A stretch of DNA of 60,171 nucleotides from Candidatus Methanoxibalbensis ujae. Lineage in GTDB: Archaea > Halobacteriota > Syntropharchaeia > Alkanophagales > Methanospirareceae. The position numbers were made by a program, and so were the translations under genes. Below the pieces are notes generated by a model. That model saw only the letters and a program-made list of their open reading frames with translations. It was not told the DNA's origin and did no database searches. The stretch covers positions 85,344 through 145,514 of the forward strand of contig JAOQIN010000001.1 in NCBI GenBank assembly GCA_026134085.1, written 5' to 3'. This document shows positions 10,149 through 21,582 of the stretch, one piece after another (the first letter of the stretch is position 1; each line of letters begins with the position of its first letter).

Positions 10149-11327
10149 ATGGATGCGGTTGCATCGTTATGGGGATATGAGTATGGCATAGAAGTGAACT
10201 CTGACATCTGTGCGACATGCCGTATGTGTGAGAAGGCGTGTCCTTTCAACGCAATAAGTTACAATGAGAAAACAGAGAGAATGGAAGTTGACATAGAGCG
10301 CTGTCAGATGTGTGCGGTTTGCTACTCCACATGTCCTGCAAGCGCCATCCAGTATTTGTATTATGATCTCGCATCAATTGAGAACAGCATTGAATTAAGC
10401 AGTGCGCCCATGATCGTCGTGGCATGCAGGGGAAATGTGCCTTCTGAAGAGAATCTCATGCGCCGTCTGGGCGTGAGAAGCGAGGAAGAGCTCCACAGCA
10501 ATTATTTCACAATGCTCCTTCCATGCGTCGGGCGTCTCCGTGCCGAGTTCATCATTGATGCGGTTGTTTCAAGAGGCAGGAAGGTCGTGCTCATGCCGTG
10601 TGAGGAGGATTTCTGCCGGTTCGTGCGAGGAAGCGAGGCACTCATGAAGAAAGTGCAGATGCTCAGGCGAATTTTCAGTGAGCTTGGCATATCTCCCGAG
10701 ATTGAGGTGCGTCGTGGAGTTCTGAAGGTTGAGTTCAAGCCATACCGCTGCCTGGGATGTGCGGAATGTCAGGCTTTCTGCCCGACAGGCGCTGCACGCG
10801 TGATTCACCCGGGGCCTGTCGCAGACTTTGACATGGATATCTGCAAGGGATGCGGTATATGCGCAGCTGTATGTCCCGCGCATGCTGTTGACCTGAAAGG
10901 ATGGGAATTTGATAAGATCTCAGCGAAAATTCACGAGATCTCTGAGAAGAAAGTGAAACTGCTCGTTTTCTGCTGTCAGTGGTGCGAGTTCGGCGCTCTT
11001 GATAGAATTGCTGAGCGAAGAGAAGAAGGTATAGAGATAATCCCGATGCCGTGCTCAGGCCGTGTTGACCCTCTTCATGTCATTCAGGCACTTTATGAAG
11101 GCATAAAAGGAGTCATGATAATTGCATGTCCCGAAGAAGAATGCAAACTTGATGAGGGCAGCAAGACAGCACTCTATTTCACAATGGAACGCCTCAATGA
11201 GACACTGTCCCAGCTAAACCTTGAAAAAAGAGTGCGCATATGCTTCACATCTCCAAAATATATAGGGAGGTTTGATGAGGAATTGCAGAAATTTTTGAAA
11301 GATATTGAGGAGATGTCAGCCACCTGA
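10149..11327 (+). CDS. Tandem [2x4Fe-4S ferredoxin + MvhD/FlpD-type domain] x2 protein (hydrogenase/Hdr electron-transfer subunit)
   Basis: Four CxxCxxCxxxCP clusters; two MvhD-like units (LPCVGR...CEEDFCRFVRGS and FCCQWC...PCSGRVD...CPEEEC). Start moved to ATG 10149 after GAGAGGA. Confidence 0.8.
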   Translation: MDAVASLWGYEYGIEVNSDICATCRMCEKACPFNAISYNEKTERMEVDIERCQMCAVCYSTCPASAIQYLYYDLASIENSIELSSAPMIVVACRGNVPSEENLMRRLGVRSEEELHSNYFTMLLPCVGRLRAEFIIDAVVSRGRKVVLMPCEEDFCRFVRGSEALMKKVQMLRRIFSELGISPEIEVRRGVLKVEFKPYRCLGCAECQAFCPTGAARVIHPGPVADFDMDICKGCGICAAVCPAHAVDLKGWEFDKISAKIHEISEKKVKLLVFCCQWCEFGALDRIAERREEGIEIIPMPCSGRVDPLHVIQALYEGIKGVMIIACPEEECKLDEGSKTALYFTMERLNETLSQLNLEKRVRICFTSPKYIGRFDEELQKFLKDIEEMSAT

Positions 11328-11340
11328 TAATCACATGACA

Positions 11341-12678
11341 TCACACGACAAGAAGTGAGTCCATCCCGTTCCTGACAACACCGATTTTTACTCCATCTTT
11401 CTCCTTTTTTTGAACCCTTTTTTGAACCTTTTTTTGAATCATGGAGATTTCCTCCTTTATCGCGTCGTTTATGTTATCGTATGATTGAATTCCCCATTTG
11501 TGGAGTGTTTCACTGTTCAATGAGGAAACGATGCAGATGCGTATTCTGCGCATTGTCTTCCGCAGATAATATGCCTTGTGTCCGCCGAGCACGAAATTCG
11601 TCTTGACAGCCTTCTCAGCATCCTCATAATCATATGAGTTCATCCATTCCTCAAAAATCGCATCTCCTATGCCGTCCCGACATTCGGCGACGAGGATCAG
11701 CGTGCCACCAGATACGACAGCGCTCTGGCAGTGCTCTATGGCCTTTGATGCCTGATAGAGATTTCTGTCCTTTGGGAAGCCACCTGCACTCACGATAAGC
11801 ATGTCATATTGTGGAACGCGTCTTATGAAGATTTCAGAGGCCACAGAAACTCCTCGTCTGAAGACCTCATCCATGTCACCTGCGAACGCAGCAACGATTC
11901 TTCCGGCGGAATCAGATACGATATTGAGCACGAAATCAGGAGGCGCCATTGCAGCGACTTCACACATGTCCTCGTGAACAGGATTTCCCTTTATGATGCC
12001 CGTCCTTGCGTTTTCATCGGTGAGCAGTGCGTGATTCCTCTTTATCGTCTCACGACCTGAGATTCCGGGGAGAATGCTCTTCCTTCCGCCTCCGAATCCC
12101 GCATAATAATGAAGTGTGATGTCTCCTGTGAGCACACGAACAGCGGCGTTCATATATGTGCTGTTGACAAATACGGGCGTTCCTCTGCTTGTCTCCCCAA
12201 GATAAACGAGCGATCTCTCATCATCACAGTCGTGAATGCACACACGAAATCTTCCATAATGTTTTCCGAGTATCCTTTTCAACTCATGTTCACCGGGCGC
12301 CGCATGTGTTCCGCATGCGACAAGCACAATCACACGCTCCGTATCTATTTCAATTTCCTCAACAAGCGCATCAATCATTTCCTCAGTCGGCGTGTTCCTC
12401 GTGTGGTCATCCACGACAATAACTATATCCTTCTTTTTTGCCTGTGCTCCTGCTTCATCGCTCTCGGGTGTCTCAAATTCAAATGCACAGGCGACAATCT
12501 CACGAAGCCTCTTCGTCTTCAAAGGATGCTCAAGCGCATATCTGAGAATCTCACTCGCATCCGCAGGCGCTGCTGTTTCATCGTCCAGATCCAGAATCTC
12601 CACAGTCGCCTCACCAGTCACATCGACATCTTCAACACTGAAATCCACCGTGTTTGACCCGTAAGGCAGCCTTATCAT
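11341..12678 (-). CDS. larA: Nickel-pincer-dependent LarA-family racemase/epimerase
   Basis: DDHTRNTP, ACGTH, HYYAGFGGGRKSILPG, GGFPKDRNLYQASKA, GGHKA. Confidence 0.9.
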   Translation of the reverse strand: MIRLPYGSNTVDFSVEDVDVTGEATVEILDLDDETAAPADASEILRYALEHPLKTKRLREIVACAFEFETPESDEAGAQAKKKDIVIVVDDHTRNTPTEEMIDALVEEIEIDTERVIVLVACGTHAAPGEHELKRILGKHYGRFRVCIHDCDDERSLVYLGETSRGTPVFVNSTYMNAAVRVLTGDITLHYYAGFGGGRKSILPGISGRETIKRNHALLTDENARTGIIKGNPVHEDMCEVAAMAPPDFVLNIVSDSAGRIVAAFAGDMDEVFRRGVSVASEIFIRRVPQYDMLIVSAGGFPKDRNLYQASKAIEHCQSAVVSGGTLILVAECRDGIGDAIFEEWMNSYDYEDAEKAVKTNFVLGGHKAYYLRKTMRRIRICIVSSLNSETLHKWGIQSYDNINDAIKEEISMIQKKVQKRVQKKEKDGVKIGVVRNGMDSLLVV

Positions 12679-12730
12679 GTCTGTTCCTTCATGCGATTTT
12701 TATACATTTTTTATGCATTGTGCAGAGAGG

Positions 12731-14557
12731 CTACTCCTTCTTCTCCTCCTTACCCTCCTCAGAAGTTTTTTGTTCTTCAGCAGCCTTTCTCGCAGCTTCC
12801 TGATAAACCACAGTTGATATCTCATGCATGACTTTTGTGAGCTCATCCATTTCTGTTTTTATTTTTGCGATGTCCTTCTCCTTCAGCGCGTCTTTGAGTC
12901 TGTCTATCTGTGATCTCGCTTTTGATCGCTTTTCTTCGCTCAATTTTTCACCGAATTCCCTCAATGTCTTTTCAGAGCTGTATATGAGAGCATCCGCCCT
13001 GTTCCGAAGTTCAGCCTCCTCCAATCTTTTTTTGTCCTCTTCTGCATATTTTTCAGCGTCTTTTATCATTCGCTCAATTTCCTCTTTTGAGAGTTTTGTT
13101 GATCCCGTTATTTTTATTGAAGTTTCCTTTCCGGTGCCGAGGTCTTTTGCGCTCACATTCAGTATGCCGTCTGCGTCTATGTCAAATGTGACCTCTATCT
13201 GAGGGACGCCACGAGGAGCCGGTGGAATGCCGTCAAGAATGAACCTGCCGAGCGATATGTTATCGGCAGCCATCTTCCTCTCACCCTGCACGATATGGAT
13301 CTCAACGCTTGTCTGGTTGTCCTCTGCTGTCGTGAATATCTTTGAGCGTTTCACGGGTATTGTTGTGTTTCGCTCGACAATGGGAGTTGCGATGCCACCG
13401 AGCGTCTCAACTGAAAGTGTGAGAGGAGTCACATCAAGAAGCACGATATCACGCTTTATCCTCCCGCTGAGTATTGCAGCCTGAATTGCAGCTCCTATCG
13501 CAACGCTCTGAAGAGGATCAACACCTCCCTCAACCTTTTTACCGAGTATCTCCTCAAATCTGCGTCGCACTGCCGGCATTCTTGTGGAGCCTCCGACGAG
13601 TATGATTTTTTCTATGTCATCAGGCTCTTTCTTGGAATCCTTGAGCGCCTGCCATATGGGAGGCTCAAGACGCTTGAGGACGGGCTCCGCCAACTCCTCA
13701 AGCTTGGCCCTTGTGAGCTCAACCTCAAGATGCTTTGGCTCACCGTTCACAACAGTGATGAACGGCAGAGATATCGTCGTGGAATTCGTGCTTGACAGTA
13801 TGATCTTCGCCCTCTCCGCTTCATCCTTAAGCCGCTGCATTGCAGACGCATCATTCCGGAGATCAACCCCTTCACGCTCCTTGAAGATGTCAACAAGATA
13901 GTTTATGATGACCTCGTCAATGTCCTTGCCTCCGAGATGAGAGTCTCCCGATGTCGCGAGAACCTCAAACACCCCTTCACCGATGTCCATTATTGTGACA
14001 TCAAAAGTGCCTCCTCCAAAGTCAAGCACTGCAATAGTCCCTTCAAACTCCTTGTCAAGACCGTAAGCCATTGCGGCAGCAGTGGGCTCGTTTATTATGC
14101 GCTTCACCTCCAGTCCAGCAATTTTCGCAGCTTCTTTCGTCGCATATCGCTGATTATCATTGAAATAAGCAGGAACTGTTATAACAGCACCTTCCACTTT
14201 TTCGCCTAAATATGCTTCAGCATCCTGTTTTATCTTCTGAAGGATCATTGCTGAGATCTCCTGAGGTGTGAATTCCTTGTTTATCGTCTTCACATACACT
14301 TTTTGAGATGTGCCCATGAGCCTCTTCACTTCCATCACAGTGCCTTCAGGGTTCAAAACAGCCTGCCTCTTGGCGGCAATACCCACAAGACGCTGACCGT
14401 CCTTCGTGAACGCCACGACGGAGGGAAAATTCTTGCCTCCATATGGATTGCCCTCAGCACTCGGTATGATCTTGGGAGTGCCACTCTCATCAACATACGC
14501 CGCTTCTGAGTTTGTTGTTCCGAGATCTATACCTATTATCATCATTATCCCCTCCAA
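12731..14557 (-). CDS. dnaK: Chaperone DnaK (Hsp70)
   Basis: [49 protein letters not shown]. Confidence 0.98.
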   Translation of the reverse strand: MEGIMMIIGIDLGTTNSEAAYVDESGTPKIIPSAEGNPYGGKNFPSVVAFTKDGQRLVGIAAKRQAVLNPEGTVMEVKRLMGTSQKVYVKTINKEFTPQEISAMILQKIKQDAEAYLGEKVEGAVITVPAYFNDNQRYATKEAAKIAGLEVKRIINEPTAAAMAYGLDKEFEGTIAVLDFGGGTFDVTIMDIGEGVFEVLATSGDSHLGGKDIDEVIINYLVDIFKEREGVDLRNDASAMQRLKDEAERAKIILSSTNSTTISLPFITVVNGEPKHLEVELTRAKLEELAEPVLKRLEPPIWQALKDSKKEPDDIEKIILVGGSTRMPAVRRRFEEILGKKVEGGVDPLQSVAIGAAIQAAILSGRIKRDIVLLDVTPLTLSVETLGGIATPIVERNTTIPVKRSKIFTTAEDNQTSVEIHIVQGERKMAADNISLGRFILDGIPPAPRGVPQIEVTFDIDADGILNVSAKDLGTGKETSIKITGSTKLSKEEIERMIKDAEKYAEEDKKRLEEAELRNRADALIYSSEKTLREFGEKLSEEKRSKARSQIDRLKDALKEKDIAKIKTEMDELTKVMHEISTVVYQEAARKAAEEQKTSEEGKEEKKE

Positions 14558-14671
14558 TCATACATTTATTTTTCCTGTAACTCACACGCTCTTCAAACTC
14601 AAAAATTGATCAGTGCAAAAAATAATGGGAAGTTGGAAGAGTTGGAAGAAATGGAGGAGGTGGAAAAAATC

Positions 14672-16315
14672 TCAGAACTCCTCACCCATGCCCTCCTCTT
14701 CAGGGGTTGGCGGTTTCCTCTCCTTCTCCTCTTTCTCCTTTGATGCTGCGATGACATCATCTATGCGCAGTATCATCGTTGCCGCTTCAACAGCGGATGA
14801 TATTGCCTGCTTCTTCACACGGAGAGGCTCCATCACATTCGCATCAAGCATGTTCACCGCTTCTCCGTTGAACACATCAAGCCCTGCGTTCTTGTCGCCT
14901 GCCTCATGAGCAGCCCGCAAGGAGACGAGCATGTCAATCGGGTCAAGCCCTGCGTTCTCAGCGAGTGAGCGCGGTATCACCTCAATCGCATCTGCAAACG
15001 CCTGAATTGCGAGCTGCTCTCTTCCTCCCACCTTTGAGGCATAGTCACGCAGATTGAGCGCGATCTCTATCTCAGGTGCGCCGCCGCCAGGCACATATTT
15101 TCCGTCCTCAATCGTGCACGCGACCACACGAATGGCATCATTCAGCGCCCTCTCAGCCTCATCAACAACATGCTCAGTGCCCCCTCTTATCAGAACTGTC
15201 ACAGCCCTGGGGTTCGGGCAGTCCTCAACGAATATCATCTCCTCGTTCGCAACCTTCCTCTCCTCAACGAGTCCCGCTCTGCCGAGATCCTCCTCCCGAA
15301 TCTCCTCCAAGCTCGTGAGTATTTTTCCGCCTGTCGCCTGCGCAAGCTTCTTCATGTCACTCTCCTTCACCCTGCGGACAGCCATGATGTTCTCCTTCGC
15401 AAGATAATACTGAGCGAGATCGTCAATTCCCTTCTGACAGAAGACAACATTCGCACCGCTCTCCTTTATCTTCTCAACCATCTCACGAAGCATGCGCTCT
15501 TCCTCATCAAGGAAAGCCTTCATCTGCTCTGGCGAAGTGATTTCAATCTTCGCATCTATCTCAGTTTTCTCAATCTCAAGCGGTGCGTTTATCAGCGCAA
15601 TCTTTGCATTCTCAACACGCTTCGGCATTCCCGGGTGCACTCTCTCCTTGTCCACGACCATTCCGCGTATGAGCTGTGTGTCAAGTGTGCTTCCTCCTAT
15701 CTTCTTCTCAAGTTTTATCATGTCTGTGTCTATTCTCTCGCCCTCCTTGCGGTCACGGGCAATTATCTTCACGGCCTCAACAGCGATCTCGGAGAGGTGA
15801 TCCTTCGCAATCTCCGCACCTTTTCCGGTCATCGCAGTCATCGCAATCTTCTTCAGGGTCTCAGTGTCATCCGGTGAGACATCATAGGCGATGTTCTCAA
15901 TGATCTCATGTGCCTTCTCAGCAGCCATCCTGAATCCAGCCGCCACGACAGTCGGGTGCACATCCTGCTCAAGAAGCTCCTGCGCCTTTTTCAGAAGTTC
16001 GCCGGCGAGCACAACTGCGGTTGTGGTTCCGTCACCCACCTCCTCATCAATTGTCTTCGCAACCTCAACCATCATCTTGGCGGCGGGATGCTCTATGTCC
16101 ATCTCCTTCAGAATTGTTGCACCATCGTTCGTTATGACAACATCCCCCATCGAATCAACAAGCATTTTGTCCATCCCCTTCGGTCCAAGCGTCGTGCGGA
16201 CAGCCTCAGCAATCCCCTTCGCCGCGAGAATGTTCCTCGTCTGCGCATCTCTTCCTGTCGTCCGCTCCGTCCCTTCCTTCAACAACAGTACAGGAACTCC
16301 TCCTAACTGCGCCAT
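14672..16315 (-). CDS. thsA: Thermosome (group II chaperonin) subunit
   Basis: [34 protein letters not shown]. Confidence 0.96.
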   Translation of the reverse strand: MAQLGGVPVLLLKEGTERTTGRDAQTRNILAAKGIAEAVRTTLGPKGMDKMLVDSMGDVVITNDGATILKEMDIEHPAAKMMVEVAKTIDEEVGDGTTTAVVLAGELLKKAQELLEQDVHPTVVAAGFRMAAEKAHEIIENIAYDVSPDDTETLKKIAMTAMTGKGAEIAKDHLSEIAVEAVKIIARDRKEGERIDTDMIKLEKKIGGSTLDTQLIRGMVVDKERVHPGMPKRVENAKIALINAPLEIEKTEIDAKIEITSPEQMKAFLDEEERMLREMVEKIKESGANVVFCQKGIDDLAQYYLAKENIMAVRRVKESDMKKLAQATGGKILTSLEEIREEDLGRAGLVEERKVANEEMIFVEDCPNPRAVTVLIRGGTEHVVDEAERALNDAIRVVACTIEDGKYVPGGGAPEIEIALNLRDYASKVGGREQLAIQAFADAIEVIPRSLAENAGLDPIDMLVSLRAAHEAGDKNAGLDVFNGEAVNMLDANVMEPLRVKKQAISSAVEAATMILRIDDVIAASKEKEEKERKPPTPEEEGMGEEF

Positions 16316-16350
16316 CGCTTCCTCACCTCTTCCTCTTGTAGATCTCCCCT

Positions 16351-16367
16351 TCTATATAAATATTTCG
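16351..16367 (-). promoter_or_regulatory. BRE-TATA promoter of the thermosome gene (possibly also dnaK)
   Basis: Minus strand reads CGAAA-TA-TTTATATAGA about 35 bp upstream of the ATG; GAGGTGA SD also present. Confidence 0.65.
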
Positions 16368-16570
16368 TCACATGGGCACGAGGCGAGGCAGTCCGACAGC
16401 GCGGTGCATGGAGGCTATAAAACTCAGTTTTAATCTGCTTTTCTCACGGCAAGGCTTTTTCACAGAAGAGGGAAAAAATCACTCAGATTTTGCTGTCGTG
16501 AGCGGACATTGGCATCTCCGCGTGCGGGGTGCTGATGGATGATGAGAGCGCCTGAGGAGGGAGAAGTGCG

Positions 16571-16975
16571 ATGGTCAAGCGTTTGATTGTGGACACTGAG
16601 AGATGTGTGGGCTGTCAGAGCTGCATGTTCGCGTGTGCGAGGGCATTTGGGGAAGTGGGGCTTGCGATGCCCCGCATATTCGTGCGATCTGCAGGCGGCA
16701 TGGAGCGAGGGTTTGTTGTGATCGTGTGCAAGGCATGTGAGGAACCGCCATGTGCGGATGTGTGCCCGACAGATGCACTTACGCCGCGGGAGGGAGGTGG
16801 TGTTCGCCTTAACCTGAACAAATGCATAGGTTGTGGAAACTGTAAGCGGGCATGTATCATAGGATGCGTGTTCTGGAATGAGGAGGTGAACAAGCCGCTC
16901 ATATGCATTCATTGCGGATACTGCGCAGACTTCTGCCCCCACGGTGTTTTGAAGGTTAAAACCACCAGCGGTTAA
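16571..16975 (+). CDS. 4x[4Fe-4S] ferredoxin (DmsB/HycB-like; type usually paired with aldehyde:ferredoxin oxidoreductases)
   Basis: CVGCQSCMFAC, CKACEEPPCADVCP, CIGCGNCKRAC, CIHCGYCADFCP. Confidence 0.88.
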   Translation: MVKRLIVDTERCVGCQSCMFACARAFGEVGLAMPRIFVRSAGGMERGFVVIVCKACEEPPCADVCPTDALTPREGGGVRLNLNKCIGCGNCKRACIIGCVFWNEEVNKPLICIHCGYCADFCPHGVLKVKTTSG

Positions 16976-17057
16976 TTGACGAAAAGGCACTCTTTTTTTC
17001 TTTTTTATTTATTTATTATGTTCAATGATGGACGAACGAAGGATAAATGATTGATAG

Positions 17058-18128
17058 TTATATAATGTTGTCAACAACAGGTATTTCAGCTCCGCATTTA
17101 GGACATTTTCCCTCTTTTATGTAATTGCGAATGACATCAAACACATATCTTCGTATCAGCATCTCGCCGCAAGCGTGGCAGTATGTGTTCTCATATCTGT
17201 GACCCGGTATGTTTCCGAGATAGACATAGTTCAATCCCGCTTCTTTTCCGATGCGCCATGCTTTCTCCATGATTTCAACAGGCGTGGGACCTGCAGCTTC
17301 GGCGCTCAGGCATTCAAGCGCGTTGTAAGCCGGGTAATAGCGTGTGATGTGCCATGGAGTGTTCTCTCCCGCCTCCTTTTTTATGCGATTCGCTATATCA
17401 CGCAGGCAATTCTCATCGTCATTCACGCCCTGTATGAGGAGAGTTGTCACCTCAACATGAACATCGCGTGCAATTCTTATATTCCTCCATATCTTCTCAA
17501 CATCCGCACCGCAATATACTCTGACGCTGTCCTCACATCCCTTCATATCAACATTCACAGCATCCAAACCATTTTCAATCAGCATTCTCAGCGCTTCCTC
17601 ACTCATGTATCCGTTGGTCACGAATGTGTTGTATAGTCCTCTCTCATGAGCATATCTGAACACATCAAGCGCATATTCAAGCATCAGCGTCGGCTCGTTG
17701 AAAGATATTGAAGTGCCCCGGCAGCCGAGCACCTCAGCTTTACGCACGAAGCTCTCCGCAGACATGAAATTGCAGCCCCTCATCGAGGGCTCAGTCTTGC
17801 TTATCTCCCAGTTCTGACACCATGGACATGTGAAATTACACGAATAGCTCCCAATAGTAAGCGCTTTTGTCCCGGGATAAAAGTGGAAAAGGGGCTTTTT
17901 TTCTATCGGATTCGCACTTATTGATGATATATTTCCGTATTCAAGCGTGAAAAGCCTGCCTCCCACATTCACTCTCGTCCTGCAGAACCCGTAATTTCCC
18001 GGTGAAATCACACATCTTCTCTCACATAAATTGCATCTCACAGCGTCATCCTCTGTTCTCACCCAAAACAGCGCTTCCCTCGCACAGGGATTCTCGCGCA
18101 GAACCTGAAGAAGATGCACCTCGTTCAT
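17058..18128 (-). CDS. AmmeMemoRadiSam-system radical SAM enzyme (PFL-activase-like)
   Basis: CNLCERRC...GFCRTR, PIEKKPLFHF, CNFTCPWCQNWEIS, C-terminal CHAC/CPKC. Confidence 0.88.
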   Translation of the reverse strand: MNEVHLLQVLRENPCAREALFWVRTEDDAVRCNLCERRCVISPGNYGFCRTRVNVGGRLFTLEYGNISSISANPIEKKPLFHFYPGTKALTIGSYSCNFTCPWCQNWEISKTEPSMRGCNFMSAESFVRKAEVLGCRGTSISFNEPTLMLEYALDVFRYAHERGLYNTFVTNGYMSEEALRMLIENGLDAVNVDMKGCEDSVRVYCGADVEKIWRNIRIARDVHVEVTTLLIQGVNDDENCLRDIANRIKKEAGENTPWHITRYYPAYNALECLSAEAAGPTPVEIMEKAWRIGKEAGLNYVYLGNIPGHRYENTYCHACGEMLIRRYVFDVIRNYIKEGKCPKCGAEIPVVDNII

Positions 18129-18169
18129 TCCTGTCCAATCCTATCTCATCCCTGCTCAATCCCATTCAA

Positions 18170-19696
18170 TCATGATATGATCTCGTATATTTTTTCCATA
18201 TTCAGATTCTTTCGCACGAATTCCGCCAGCTTATCTATTTCCCTGTCCCAGTCTATCCCGACACTTCTCCGTCTTTTTCTTCTGCTTTTTCTTCTGATAC
18301 TTTTTCGTCTTCTCCTCATGTCAGATATGCGATTCTCAGCGAATTCTATGAATGCAGTTCTGAAATCGTCGTTATCAAAGATTCCGTGTATGTATGTGCC
18401 TATGACATTTCCGCGCTCCGCGCCATCACGCACACGCACATCCTTATTTGAGCGCTTTATTATGGTGAACGCATGCTTCTCACTCTCTTTGAGATGGGTG
18501 ACACCCATGTGTATCTCGTATCCCATCACAGATCCGTTGAAGAAAGGCAGGTTTGAGCGTGCAAGCACCTGATGAGTTGTTTTATCGCTGAGGAAAACAG
18601 TATCTGCTCTGAACAATCCGAGACCCTCATATTCGCATTCCGAGGATTCAACGCCTCCTTCGTCAATTATGCGCTCTGTCATCATCTGAAATCCTCCGCA
18701 TATCCCAAACACGACGGCATTGCCCGAAAACGCTGCTTTTTTTATTTCATGCGCTATTCCTCTTTCCTCAAGCCACATCAAATCCGCAATCGTGTTCTTT
18801 GAGCCCGGCAGTATGATGACATCCGCACATCTCAGCACATCCGCATCCGTCGTGTATATCAGGGAGACATCACGCTCGGCGCTCAACGCATCAAAATCAG
18901 TGAAATTTGATATGTGCGGCAGCCTTACCACTGCAATCCGCACGTTTCCCCATCTCCCATCCCATCGCACATTCTCAACCGATAAAGAGTCTTCCTCCTG
19001 AATTCTTATGTGATTGAAATAGGGGATGACCCCTATAACATGCCTGTTCGTTCTTTCCTCAAGAAAATCCAATCCCGGCTGCAAAATACTCAGGTCGCCT
19101 CTGAATTTGTTTATTATAAATCCCTTCACGAGCCGCTTCTCATCTTCATGAAGCAGTTCAAGCGTTCCTATGAGGGAGGCAAACACTCCACCTCTCTCAA
19201 TATCCCCGACAATGATGACAGGCGCATTGAAAATCTTCGCGATGAACATGTTCACGATATCATTTGACCTCAGATTGATTTCAGCAGGACTTCCGGCACC
19301 CTCTATGACAACAATGTCGTTATCCGCATCAAGCTTCGCGAAGCACTCCCTTATCGCAGCCACTGCTCTTTCTTTGAAGGCATAGTATTGGAGGGTGGTC
19401 ATGTTTCCCACAGGCGTTCCTTTCAGGATTACCTGAGAGCCTTTCTCACTCGTGGGCTTCAAAAGTATGGGATTCATCTCAACAACGGGCTCTTTACGAG
19501 CGGCAAGCGCCTGAAATACCTGAGAGCGGGCAATCTCATGACCGTCAGCAGTGATAAATGAGTTCAAAGACATGTTCTGCGACTTGAAAGGTGCCACCTC
19601 ATATCCTTCGTTTGCAAATATGCGGCATAACGCAGCTACAATCACGCTCTTCCCCACATGTGAGCCTGTTCCCTGTATCATCAGCCGGCGAGCCAT
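18170..19696 (-). CDS. cobQ: Cobyric acid synthase
   Basis: GTGSHVGKS, PFKSQNMS, EGAGSPAEINL, ISNFTDFD, GICGGFQM, GTYIHG. Confidence 0.96.
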   Translation of the reverse strand: MARRLMIQGTGSHVGKSVIVAALCRIFANEGYEVAPFKSQNMSLNSFITADGHEIARSQVFQALAARKEPVVEMNPILLKPTSEKGSQVILKGTPVGNMTTLQYYAFKERAVAAIRECFAKLDADNDIVVIEGAGSPAEINLRSNDIVNMFIAKIFNAPVIIVGDIERGGVFASLIGTLELLHEDEKRLVKGFIINKFRGDLSILQPGLDFLEERTNRHVIGVIPYFNHIRIQEEDSLSVENVRWDGRWGNVRIAVVRLPHISNFTDFDALSAERDVSLIYTTDADVLRCADVIILPGSKNTIADLMWLEERGIAHEIKKAAFSGNAVVFGICGGFQMMTERIIDEGGVESSECEYEGLGLFRADTVFLSDKTTHQVLARSNLPFFNGSVMGYEIHMGVTHLKESEKHAFTIIKRSNKDVRVRDGAERGNVIGTYIHGIFDNDDFRTAFIEFAENRISDMRRRRKSIRRKSRRKRRRSVGIDWDREIDKLAEFVRKNLNMEKIYEIIS

Positions 19697-20159
19697 GTCC
19701 CCCGCCCCTCAGCTCTATATTCAGTTATCTCAATCACATAATCATAATCATAACGCAACAATCATAACGCGACACAAGAAGCGATGGACAGCCGCAGATG
19801 CAGTTTCAGGCATCATCCAGCAGTGCTCTAATTGCTTCAAAAACATCCTTCAGTCCAGATTATCATCAATACATCGGACTCTTGGCAGACTTGCAGTTCC
19901 TTCATCGTTTTCAATTATATAAATGCTCAACAATAACATCATTTGTATGAGATAGGGAAGTGATGATTATATTGAGGAGCACTGTTCATGCGATTGTTTT
20001 GGAGGTGTAGTCGTTGAATGAGAGATGATCAAGTAATAAAATGAGAACATTCAAAACCAATGCAGGAACACAATGAAGCTGATTATGGCATCATGCAGGT
20101 GTTTTGGATGTGGATATGATACAATGAGTGATATATGACTGCATCTATATATGACTGCA

Positions 20160-20922
20160 TCTCAAACCTATCTCCCAGAAACACTTATCACCCATCATCA
20201 ATCCTCCTTTTTGCAAAAGATATTGATTCTGAGGGATTTAGCAACCGCCTCTTTCAGCTCTTCAGTATTAAGCGGAGATTTGAAATAACTCTTTTAACTT
20301 CCAGACATTGGATTCAAGTCAGGGGAGTAAGGAGGCAAATAAATCGGCGAAATATTCAGCTTCTCAGCCTCCTCTCTTTTCTTAGCATGATGCGTCCTGA
20401 AATTGTCCAACCACGATCCTCTTCTCATTTGCTTCCATTATCTTTCTCAGAAACGCTGTAAAGTCTTCAGCTTTATCAAAATCCACTACACTTCTAAAAT
20501 AAAACCCTGCATAGCTTGGAGATACAACAGGTAAAGCTCCTCTTGCTGTGTTTGCATTTGCTTTAACTGTCATCTCATCCGCACCAACCCAGCCTGATCC
20601 CGGTTTTATCTTTTATCGGGTTTTCTGTAATCCTTTATCTCAAAATTCTCCCCGCCACGAAGAATAGCTGACTCCAGACTCCTCGATGCCCGAACCTCCT
20701 TCGTCGTCCATTCTTTTTCCTTGAACATCTCTCTGTGTCCTTCCTTCTGATTCTTTGCTTTTTGCTTTGCTGGTCTTCCTCAGAGGTATTAATCCTTCGT
20801 AGCCCATAGCTATGATTTAAGCCATGTGTAACCTGTTGTGTAATTCCAACAAAATCTGTTTCTCAACGCTTTCTCCTCATGGATTGAATTTCTTTTTTTA
20901 AAAAGTTTTGCTCAAGACAATA
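20160..20922 (-). mobile_element. Degraded IS630-family transposase (many frameshifts and stops)
   Basis: Minus-strand fragments GYEGLIP, EWTTKEVR, VGADEM, LDNFRTHHAKK...YLPPYSPDLNP (IS630 DDE signature) lie in different frames; boundaries approximate. Confidence 0.8.
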
Positions 20923-21582
20923 AATCTTCCAGCTCAGACTGCTCAGCAGATTTTGATGATAGCAGATAGAAACCGGAAATCTTTTTTCAATGCGATGAAT
21001 TTTCACGAATCAACAGATCAGAGTTGAGGGAGATCAACTGGTTATGTTGTTGAGATTATGAAAAGGAAGGGGATGTGATGAAAAAGGACAGGAGCAGCGA
21101 GGATAATTTAGGAGTTCGCAACCTCATAAGGAGGGGTTGCGAAGGTTTTTCAGCAGGGAAAAAGCGAGATTGCGGAGCACGAGGGGGCAAGACGAGCAAG
21201 AGGATGAAGAGATTATCAGTGAAGAGGGAAGCTGAAAGTTCACAAAGAAAGTAAGTTTTTTGCGGGGAGGTGTGCGAAGCACGACATCAGAAGGTTTGTA
21301 GGTTACAACATTACAACAGGGAATGGAAGCAAAAGGTGAATTTAGTAATACATAGGGAGAAAGATAAGAGGGCTGTTCATGGGCGGGAAGAGATAAGGAT
21401 GTAAACGCTGCATGCAACATAATAAGGAAAGCGATCCCGGAAGCCTGCAGATATGGATAGAGGGAGAGGGGTTACAGTGCGATATACAGTGCGATAAAAC
21501 ATGAAATCGCACGAAGCATTCCGGGTCCCCCGACCTGCGTCAAATATTTATTGATGTTTCACAGATGTAATAGTGAGGGCAT

